A stretch of DNA of 63,987 nucleotides, filler included, from Thraustochytrium aureum (lineage: Eukaryota): the NCBI GenBank assembly GCA_012862495.1. It is 7 parts of 5 records of this genome, joined end to end, with 100 filler letters (N's around TTAATTAATTAA, not from the genome) between each part and the next. Parts side by side here need not be neighbours in the genome. Positions count along the whole stretch, not along the records: positions 31,015 to 39,063 come from BLSG01000111.1; positions 39,164 to 51,512 come from BLSG01000111.1; 5 more parts are not named here. One strand, written 5' to 3'. The first letter of the stretch is position 1; every line of letters begins with the position of its first letter. The position numbers and the translations under genes were made by a program. Of the stretch, positions 31,247 to 41,242 are shown piece by piece. The notes under the pieces were generated by a model. It had not been told where the DNA came from. It did no database searches and worked only from the letters and a program-made list of their open reading frames with translations.

Positions 31247-33621
31247 CTAGCGCTTTTTCCTCTTCGGTTGCGGCTCCCCCAGCGCAGGCTCCGCGTCGAC
31301 GTCGACCAGAGCCGTCGCCCGCCGCTTGGTCTTGGCAAGGACGTGGACTTGGCACCCCTGAAACCGCTGCTTGCCTAGCTGCACTAGCGAAAGCTGGGAG
31401 AAGCGAAACCGCTTGGCAGCAAACTCGTAGAATGCGCCACGAAGCTGGTGCACCCCAGGAGCGGCGCCGTTCCCGTGCGCCATCACAACCAAGGTTCGCT
31501 TGCCGCAGAGTTTGCGCAGCGTGCGCACGAGTTGCTCCCAGACCCGGTCGTCCTTTCCGTAAACCACGCCAGAGGCCAGCACCAAGTCCGGCTTGCGGTC
31601 GAGGCCGATCTCGCTCAGCGGGTCCGCGGCGCCCCACTCGAGCTTGCAGGCGCGCAACGAGCCCTGGCCTTTCGCGATTGCAGCGTTCCGTTTCAGGTTC
31701 GACTCCAGCAAAGACAGCACTTGCTCGTCCCCGTCTGTGGCGACAACATCCATGCCAAGGCAGGACGCTGCAATCGACGTGAGCCCAACGCCCGCCCCGA
31801 GCTCGACGGCAGTCTTGCCCTTCCAGTGCGCCCACCGCGCGGCGTCGGCGCCGGCCTCCTCCAAAAAGGTCGCCAAGCCCTCGGGCGGACCGTCGTCGGC
31901 ATGACGCAATCCGAGCCATGCGGCAAGAAGCTCGCTGTCCTGCCACAATGCGCCTCCAGTTGCCCCAGTCGTGCCAGTGGCCTCGCGCTCGTGCTGCAAG
32001 TGGCGCCCCCCCCAATCATTTGCTCGATCACTGCTGGCGCCTCGACGCCCTGCAACTCGAAGCGGTGCTCTCGGCGCTCCGTCGCGGCAGACTCGAGTTC
32101 CGGGCATCGCACGCCGGCCTTGTTGAGGGCGAAAAGCAGTTTGCTGCACTCCTGCGCGTTGAACGACCCAAGTGCGCGCGACGCCGACTCGCCGAGGGCC
32201 TGCATGACTTTGGCCTCAGGCGAGCCCAGCGTCGCAAGTGCCCAAGCCAGGTTGCACAGATCACGAGGGCTGAACGCCTCGGCCTGAAGCGACTCGAGCG
32301 CCACGGCACCAGCGAGGGCGACAAACTCGTCAGCGAGACGGCGGGGCAGCCCTGCGCCAAGAGACCCGAGCTTGGCGATCGCCAGCGCAAAGTTGGAGAG
32401 CGTGCGCGGCGTCCACGAGGCTGCCGGACTCGCCCTCGAGCCGTCTCCGCCGAGGAGCTGAATTGCACGTTTCGCAAGAACCCGCTCGAGCTTTGCGTGC
32501 GTCTCCTCAAGGCGCGCCATGGCAGACGCCAGGTTGTCCAAGTCTTGGCCGTTGAGCTGTGCGGCAATCTCGCACCCGCGCGCGGCAAGCGCACCGAGGA
32601 GGTCCCTGCGGTCCAGCTTTGCAAGAGCTAGTGCGATTGTGGCGAGCTGCTGGCCTTCGAGATGGGCGACCTGGGCGTCGATCCGACGCACAAGCGGCTC
32701 GAGGAGGCCCGGGACGCGCGCGTCCGATGCGTCAAGCAGCGACGAAAGGGCCCAGATAAACATAGAGAGCTCTTGCGCGTTGAAGGGCTTGGTTTGCGCG
32801 GCAGTCCGCAAAACGCCTTCCATGGTTTCGGTGAGGACGGGCGCAGTGGCCCGCTCCTGCAGCTTGGCTGCGGCCCAGCACACGTTGGCGGCTTGCTGCG
32901 CAGAAAACTCGCCCTTGCGCGCCGCTGAGCAGCTGCCCAGCGCCGCGAACAGGGCGGCCTCGTCGCGAAGCGGGCAGCCCATCTTTGCGAGGCCGGCCGC
33001 AGCGTTCGCGAGCTCTTGCGCGCTCATTGCGGGCATCGTGGCCGGAAGCGCGTCAAGTATGGGCGCGATCACTGCGTGGTGGGAAGCGTCGGCCCCGACG
33101 CCGAGGTTCCCAAGACCGTGCAGGATGTTTGCGAGCGCCTGCGGATTCAGTCGTCGCCGGGCGGTCTTGACGGACCGTAGCAGTTCGAGCACAAAGTCAA
33201 TCTCCTGCTTCTCCGGGCCCTTGGCTTTGAGCTTGCCGAGCGCCCAGATGGAGATGGAGACCTCTTGGTCTTTGAATGCAACGCCACGCCGCGCGGCGCT
33301 GCAGGCAAGAGCGGCTTGCACAACGGCTGGCCTCGCGAGCTTGGCGCACGCCCAGAGTGCTGAGCTGACGTGCCTCGGCTGGCAGCCGTCCGTCTCGCTT
33401 CGAAAGCACGACGCCGTCTGCTTCTCGAGCCTGCGCATCACCTCCGGGCTGAGGGCCTCGGTTGAGCGAGTGGGTCCGCAGGCCCTGGCGACCCCCTGGA
33501 GCGCCGCGACACAATTGACCACGTTGAACTCGCCGCAGTGGCGGTCGATCACGTCGGCGAGCGCGACTACATCGCGGCAACCCGTAATGCGCTTGTTCAG
33601 CTCCACATTGGCCCGCGACAT
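31247..33621 (-). CDS. OPR/RAP-type helical-repeat protein fused to a C-terminal Methyltransf_16 (METTL21-like) domain; frame break at the C8 run 32006-32013
   Basis: About 38-aa repeats of type F..Q(E)L(S/A)N..WAL(A/G)KL. MTase motifs GGALW, VELGAGVGL, VVATD, LEWG, DLVLASGVVY. One added G joins the two ORFs (EQMIGGG|RHLQHER). Confidence 0.75.
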
Positions 33622-33718
33622 GCCGCTCTGCGCTGCGCTCCACTCGCGCTCTGCACTCCGTTTTCCGAATGCACTCGGCCCTCGCAGGCACCCAACCACT
33701 CGACGAAACGCACACCCT

Positions 33719-33813
33719 CGTTCCGCACAACACCAGCGACAGGTACGCACCGTCGCGAGCGAGGCGCGTTCCGCACAACGGAGCACTCACCTTGCGAAGC
33801 GCGTTCCGCACAA
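33719..33813. promoter_or_regulatory. Three copies of CGTTCCGCACAA in a divergent intergenic region
   Basis: Exact 12-mer at 33719, 33767 and 33802, between head-to-head genes. Regulatory role is inferred from position only. Confidence 0.45.
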
Positions 33814-34028
33814 TGGCGGCGATGAAGGGGTGTGCGCGTGTTCTGGTCGATCTATGAGAGGGCGTGGAATGGATGAACGGATCTATTGCGGAGGCGCTGT
33901 GGGCGCTGTGGCGACTTGGCGGCGGCGGCAATGCGCTGTCGGCGCCCTGGCCAGGGCGGGCTCATCGTGGCACTGGCTGGCGCCACGCGCTTGGCCGTCT
34001 TGGCGGATTCTGGGCGGTCCTCGTGGAG

Positions 34029-36171
34029 ATGAGCGAGCAAGTCGCCGCTGGCGTTGATTCTGGGCGGCTTCCAGACCTCGCGTCGCGGCCAAGCAGTGGG
34101 CCAGGAACAGGCCTGCAACAGCGCAAGCGCGCGTGCATGGAGGCCGGGAATGCGATCGTGGCCTTGAATAATGTGGAGCGCGGGGGCCGGTGCGACACAT
34201 GCGGGTTCAAGTTTGTTTTCCCAAACCTAACGCTGCAGTATGTGTACACGCAGTGCCCGTTGTGCTTGTACACGATCCCGCCGCCGACCGCGATGGCAAT
34301 CCCGCCCCCGCATCCCGAGATTCCAAATAAAACTGCGTACCCCTTGTGCATGGCACGCGTATGCACCGGCGGCGAGGCGCGGAGGTGCGAGCGGCGTCGC
34401 GTTGGGTCGGGCGAGCTCTGTGCCAAGCACGTTCAAGCGCTTCGACGATTTGGCAAGCTTCCGTATGGGAGGTACGACGACGTTTATACAGAAGCACACT
34501 CTATTAAGCTCAACCCCGAGACGGGCGTTGGGGCGGCTGCAAAGCTGATCACGTACGATCAGCGTGTGGCTGCAGCGAAGAAGGCGAACGAAGAGCAAAA
34601 CCAGCGAAACGCGCACGACACCATGCTGCTCCGGAACGCCCGCGCCGTCTGGCAGCGGCGCGAGAAACGCGGCGTGCTGCACAAGAAGCCGTTCACGACG
34701 GAGACGCTCGTCAACATCCTCGAGCCCACTTTCGGAATCAAGCTGGACGAGCAGGGCCCGGAGAGGCTGCTGTGGCTCAAGGAGAGCTTTCAAGCGGTCG
34801 TTTCACTCCCCAAAGCGAGGCTGGCGGTGCTAGCGGCAGCGGTCGGGCACGTCGTGGACGCGTCCAAGGCGTGCGAGGTGACAGAGGCCTTGCGCGCAGC
34901 CCTTCGCAAGGAGGGCGGCAATCGCATCAAAATCGACGCTGGCACTGACGTCCGGACCCTCTTGCCCCCTGGTTCGCACATCCCGTGCCCAAGTGGGGAG
35001 CCGCAAAACCTGAGGGTGCGATACTGCCTTGAAGGCACGCTGGCGCAAATCATGGTGCCTTTGCGCGAGGAGGCCGACGGCGCTCTTCGGACATTGCGCA
35101 CGATCATGGTTGCCATTCCGGAGCTGAAAAACGACGGGACAAGCCGACTGCGCGTGATTAAGGCGCTCTATGGGCACAAGCACGACTTTGTGCGCAAGTT
35201 TGACGTAACGGAAAAGGTTCAGGGGTTGGTGGACGAGCAGGGCGGCGCTCGATTCATCAACATCCCTTCAGGGACAGACCTGAGCGCGGCTTTTGGCGAG
35301 CCGTGCACGGGGTTTGACAAGGTGCTCGAGATCGTCTACCAGGTGGACGGCCTAGAGGGCGACCTCGTCGCCGCAGAGGCGAACGGGTGCCTGGTGGCCC
35401 CCATGCACGTGCTCGCCCCAATCGTCGCCCCCTCGTTGGTAGTGACTTTTGCCACGCTCTCGCCCAAGACGCTGGTCGGGCGTGTGTTTGGGGCAAAGGG
35501 AGACGCAAAGTCGCGGTTGCTCAACTACACGTACTTTGCTACAGCAAACCAGCACGGGCAAAAGACGTCGATACGTTCTCTGGACGCAGAGACTGTCGTT
35601 GTCACGGAGCAAGTTCGCGACGTCGTGAACGGTTTGGGCGGCGACACGCTCTGCTTTGTCAAAGGCCACGACGTGTTCAACGTGCTTGCCGGGCTCGCGT
35701 CTGTTCATGAGCTGCGCAAAAGGTTTGCGGACAAGGAGCTCGTCCTGGAGGTCGAGTACCGCTGCAACAACAAGCTTCAGCAGGCCAAGGTGTTCACCGA
35801 CAAGGCGCACTACCGTCGTTGGGGGTCTCGCGGTCAGCGCGCGGCCGCCCGAGTCGTCCATCCAGGTCAACGCGGCGGTGTATGGGCACCCGACGAATTC
35901 GGATTTGCAGGCAAACGTGCAGCACATCGTTGAGAAGCGCGTACGCGACCGTGCCGGCCGCGTGCTCGAGTTTGACACCAACGAGGACTTGCACGAGCTG
36001 TTTGGAGACCCGTGCTACCCGCACCACACGAACAAGGTGCTACAGGTTCGGTACACGGTCCCCGCGCTTCGCGGCCAGCTGCGCTCGAACGTTGGCCTTG
36101 GCGGCTGCCTGTCGCAGTCTATTCGAGTGGGTTGGCCGACCGACTTGCTCAACCACACCAACCACTTCTGA
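34029..36171 (+). CDS. Protein with N-terminal Cys motifs and about 4 tandem DUF3395/DNAJC11-C-terminal-like domains; frame break near 35810
   Basis: CDTC...CPLC and C..C..C..CAKH motifs; repeats of V..A.YG....(D/N)V...V......I......FG(D/E)PC....K.L.V.Y. The last repeat is in ORF 35656..36171. Confidence 0.7.
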
Positions 36172-36469
36172 TTTGGCAAGCGGTAGGTTCCCGAGGCGGA
36201 GCGAGCAGTGCTATCAGACCGTCGATGGATCCACGTCGGCTGCGGAGGAAGGAAAGCACGGCTGGAGACGAGGGCCGGAGCGAGCGGAGACAGCAACGGA
36301 AAAAGGCATAGAAGTGAACGAGTGAAAACCAGATTGTCTTTCTTGTGGATTGTACAAACAGCGGCCGGAGGGTGGCTGACGCGCTCTCGAGGCAAGAACA
36401 GTAGTGTGCCCGTGCCCGCATCCGAGTCGCGCACCCAACCAACGAGGTGGACGAAGGACCTTTGGGGGC

Positions 36470-37128
36470 TCAACAAAACCGAAGGCGCTTCCCCGTAGCG
36501 GGATCAAGGGCGGGGGCTCCGTAATACGCATGCGGCAAAAAGGCTCCGCCGGCGGTCGAGTACGTCTTCTCCAGCTGCTCCTGTCTCCTCTTCGCGCGGA
36601 TTTGGCTCGCGTGTGCGGCGCGCAGAACGACGCTTTCGTTGCTCGCTCCGGACTTGTACGAAGCCGTAGTTGCAGAGGAGATCGCCGACGCCATCGAGTT
36701 TTCCTTGCCGTGCGCACCAAAGATGCCACCAGAAGGGTTGCACGTGTCCGCGGTGTCGGCTTGGTCGTACCAGTGGCCGCCGTCGGCGTTGGCCAGAAAG
36801 ACCTTGGCCAGAATCCGAGGCTCGACCCCCGCCGCGTCAGGTTGGCTTGCATGCCAGCCAGATTCCTCGCCGGGGAAGCGGGGCCCGTCGAAGGCCTCGG
36901 GCCGCACGTCGAACGAGTGGCCCCCGATGGCCGAGTCTACCGCCTGGACGCGCGGAAGGGCGAAGGTGTGCTCCGCAGCTCGGCGTTGCCAAATCCACCC
37001 CTGCCGCGCGACTTCCGCGGCGCTGCCCTCGCCGAGGAGCTCCTGCATCTGCTTCCACAGCTCGCTCACGTTCGCGCCGCTGTCCAGCCTCGACTTGACG
37101 TCCACCCCGAGCGGCTTTTGCACCTGTT
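36470..37128 (-). CDS. Hypothetical protein, C-terminal part (5' portion in gap, possibly extending to ~38745)
   Basis: Open 219-codon frame with protein-like composition, ending PATGKRLRFC. Confidence 0.5.
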
Positions 37129-40100
37129 NNNNNNNNNNNNNNNNNNNNNNNNNNNNNNNNNNNNNNNNNNNNNNNNNNNNNNNNNNNNNNNNNNNNNNNN
37201 NNNNNNNNNNNNNNNNNNNNNNNNNNNNNNNNNNNNNNNNNNNNNNNNNNNNNNNNNNNNNNNNNNNNNNNNNNNNNNNNNNNNNNNNNNNNNNNNNNNN
37301 NNNNNNNNNNNNNNNNNNNNNNNNNNNNNNNNNNNNNNNNNNNNNNNNNNNNNNNNNNNNNNNNNNNNNNNNNNNNNNNNNNNNNNNNNNNNNNNNNNNN
37401 NNNNNNNNNNNNNNNNNNNNNNNNNNNNNNNNNNNNNNNNNNNNNNNNNNNNNNNNNNNNNNNNNNNNNNNNNNNNNNNNNNNNNNNNNNNNNNNNNNNN
37501 NNNNNNNNNNNNNNNNNNNNNNNNNNNNNNNNNNNNNNNNNNNNNNNNNNNNNNNNNNNNNNNNNNNNNNNNNNNNNNNNNNNNNNNNNNNNNNNNNNNN
37601 NNNNNNNNNNNNNNNNNNNNNNNNNNNNNNNNNNNNNNNNNNNNNNNNNNNNNNNNNNNNNNNNNNNNNNNNNNNNNNNNNNNNNNNNNNNNNNNNNNNN
37701 NNNNNNNNNNNNNNNNNNNNNNNNNNNNNNNNNNNNNNNNNNNNNNNNNNNNNNNNNNNNNNNNNNNNNNNNNNNNNNNNNNNNNNNNNNNNNNNNNNNN
37801 NNNNNNNNNNNNNNNNNNNNNNNNNNNNNNNNNNNNNNNNNNNNNNNNNNNNNNNNNNNNNNNNNNNNNNNNNNNNNNNNNNNNNNNNNNNNNNNNNNNN
37901 NNNNNNNNNNNNNNNNNNNNNNNNNNNNNNNNNNNNNNNNNNNNNNNNNNNNNNNNNNNNNNNNNNNNNNNNNNNNNNNNNNNNNNNNNNNNNNNNNNNN
38001 NNNNNNNNNNNNNNNNNNNNNNNNNNNNNNNNNNNNNNNNNNNNNNNNNNNNNNNNNNNNNNNNNNNNNNNNAAGGTTGGCGAGAGCCTGCCTTGCACCT
38101 GAATTCTGGTCGTCGACCCACCCAACCAAGCGCTTGAGCGACTCCGTCGCGCCGGCGCTCCACAGGATTTTCCCAGCAATCAGTCGCCCTACGTCATCCT
38201 CCCAAAACACATCAAACCACCCCGCTGTAACGGTGATCAGAGGACGCAGATCCCATCCAAGGCGTCGACCCGCACCTGCCTGGAGAGCTTAAACGAGACC
38301 CTGCGCCGCCTGCGGAGACCCTGGTGAATACTTTGCATTTTCCTTGCCAAACAAGCGCCGAAATCGCCGCCTCCACTGCCTGTTGGCCCGGGCCTCGTCC
38401 TCCTCGTCGCTGGCAATGCGAGCCAGACGAGATGAAGACAACCAGGAAAGCGGGTAGGCGAAGGGGCTCAAAACAAAGTGAACCGCTACAGTCGCGCCAA
38501 CCAACAAACTCCGCGAAGCCCAGGAAGGTCACCACAACACCCGCACAGAAGAGCACGCGCAGAGACCGAACACCGAGCCAGTAGAAACAGAACAGACCGA
38601 CGACCCGGTCGCACGCGGGGCTTGGTCGGCACAGGGGCACCTCCTCTTGCATCGCCTCGCTTGCCTCCCCGTTCGAGCCACGTTTGGGGTCTGTCTGTTC
38701 TGTCTCTGCGCATCCCAGCACAAGCCAGCAGGCCCTCATACTCAAGCGTTCTGATGTGCGTTGGCGTTTGTCGTGGGTACTCCCCTATCCTTTGAACAAA
38801 CAGAGTGTTCGCTCTATTGACCGAACTGAGCGAACTCGTCGAACTCGTGTTTGAGGAAACCTCCCGAATCACTTGGGAAACCAGTCGCCGCTCGAGCCAC
38901 TTGCTCCCTGCCCTTGCCTCGCTCAGGGTGGCCTCCATCCTGGCCTCGAGGCCAACTACGCCAGTGGCCCGGGAGTACACCGGAACCGTGGCCTCTAATA
39001 GCCGAAGTGTGTGTGACTGGAGGTGAGAGCTGAATTCTGATGATCCGACCGGAGAGTATCCGANNNNNNNNNNNNNNNNNNNNNNNNNNNNNNNNNNNNN
39101 NNNNNNNTTAATTAATTAANNNNNNNNNNNNNNNNNNNNNNNNNNNNNNNNNNNNNNNNNNNNCGCGAGCCAGTCAAAGCTGCGGAGCGTTGCTTGTCAA
39201 AAGTTTCGTTTGGATTCTCGGACGGGACCACAATCAATCTTCTCGCTCTCTCGGGGCGCGAACTCCTCAACGACCAACTGGACCCTGACGAAAAGGTCGA
39301 CAACGGGTCTGCATTAGTTATGCTTGACGGACGGCACTTGGTTGGAGTGATTATCGCGTCGTTGATTGCGATCCACGTCGCCCAGTAGAACGTAAGCCAA
39401 GTCTTGCAACTCGCCGCGTCACTGTTCATTTCGTCGGCGGTGACCAAAATCGAGAATGACAGAGTCCTCTACGTGAACCGGTATCGATGGCAACAGACAA
39501 AATAAGCTTTAGCTTTCAATTTCAATACTCGATCGACAAATTCAGTACTCACTACATGCCATTTAGATTAGGGGGAATCTGCTCAAGATTCTCAACTCTC
39601 CTATCCTACCCCCTAAGGCTCTCACCTTGTAATTGAGAAAGGGGGTACGTACAAAGAAAAACATGTACTCTACCTAGAGGGAGGTACTTAGCGCAAACGG
39701 ACGGCCCAGTCAGTCGCTGTTGCATTCTGGTTGCTGTTTTCGGGTGCTTTTGCAGTCGCAGACTGTCTTGTTGGCGAGTTCTTCGCCCGTCGGTAGNNNN
39801 NNNNNNNNNNNNNNNNNNNNNNNNNNNNNNNNNNNNNNNNNNNNNNNNNNNNNNNNNNNNNNNNNNNNNNNNNNNNNNNNNNNNNNNNNNNNNNNNNNNN
39901 NNNNNNNNNNNNNNNNNNNNNNNNNNNNNNNNNNNNNNNNNNNNNNNNNNNNNNNNNNNNNNNNNNNNNNNNNNNNNNNNNNNNNNNNNNNNNNNNNNNN
40001 NNNNNNNNNNNNNNNNNNNNNNNNNNNNNNNNNNNNNNNNNNNNNNNNNNNNNNNNNNNNNNNNNNNNNNNNNNNNNNNNNNNNNNNNNNNNNNNNNNNN

Positions 40101-40613
40101 NNNNNNNNNNNNNNNNNNNNNNNNNNNNNNNNNNNNNNNNNNNNNNNNNNNNNNNNNNNNNNNNNNNNNNNNNNNNNNNNNNNNNNNNNNNNNNNNNNNN
40201 NNNNNNNNNNNNNNNNNNNNNNNNNNNNNNNNNNNNNNNNNNNNNNNNNNNNNNNNNNNNNNNNNNNNNNNNNNNNNNNNNNNNNNNNNNNNNNNNNNNN
40301 NNNNNNNNNNNNNNNNNNNNNNNNNNNNNNNNNNNNNNNNNNNNNNNNNNNNNNNNNNNNNNNNNNNNNNNNNNNNNNNNNNNNNNNNNNNNNNNNNNNN
40401 NNNNNNNNNNNNNNNNNNNNNNNNNNNNNNNNNNNNNNNNNNNNNNNNNNNNNNNNNNNNNNNNNNNNNNNNNNNNNNNNNNNNNNNNNNNNNNNNNNNN
40501 NNNNNNNNNNNNNNNNNNNNNNNNNNNNNNNNNNNNNNNNNNNNNNNNNNNNNNNNNNNNNNNNNNNNNNNNNNNNNNNNNNNNNNNNNNNNNNNNNNNN
40601 NNNNNNNNNNNNN

Positions 40614-41242
40614 ATCACGTCCAGGAGCTCGCGCGCGTCAAAGGCGTCAAAGGCGTGCGGGAGGCCCGGTTTGCAGACCTTGCAACGGTCGACGCCGCAA
40701 CGCACCGCGCCCGACTGCACGCGGAACCTGTCGAGCAGGAGGCACTTGGTGCACTCTTTTCGGCGGCGGCAGCGCATCGCGTGCCAAACGAGCGCCGAGT
40801 GGTTGTCCTTGGAGGACCTGCGCAGCATAAAGTGGTGGCGCACTGCGTCGAGCGAGCGCTTGGTCGGCGACCGCTTGTTGAAGCGCTGGCTGATCTCGTG
40901 CATCCAGCTCTTCTTCTCGTACTGCCTCGCGCGGATGCGGTGCAGGAAGCTGCGGCACAGCTCCTCGTCGTTCTTGATGAGATCGACCAGGATGCGCTGC
41001 TCGTGCTCGGAGAAACGGCCGGAACGGCCTGTGGAGGGCATCTTTTGGGCGCCTTCGCTGCCCGCGCACGACCCGGCGTCGCTGCCAGTGTCGCTGGCGT
41101 TGCTGCTTGCGTCGCTGCAGGCGCCGACAACCTCGCTTTGCTCGTGTTCGCAGTCGTCTGCTGCCGCCATCGTTCCCATGTCGTTGTGCGGCATGTCTGT
41201 CTTGATGTCTTGCGGTGGTGTCGGGCTTGGCGCTGCGGTCAT
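40614..41242 (-). CDS. Putative Myb/SANT-like DNA-binding protein with a Cys/His-rich motif, N-terminal part (rest in gap)
   Basis: GRFSEHEQRILVDLI...WMHEISQRFNKRSPTKRSLDAVRHHF resembles Myb/SANT-like (trihelix) domains, followed by HAMRC..CTKC..C..CKVC. Confidence 0.6.

Noticed and set aside
38073..39450. Short ORFs flanking the gap and spacer
   Set aside because: Fragmented across frames with no identifiable domain; some may be the 5' part of the 36470-37128 gene but this cannot be shown.
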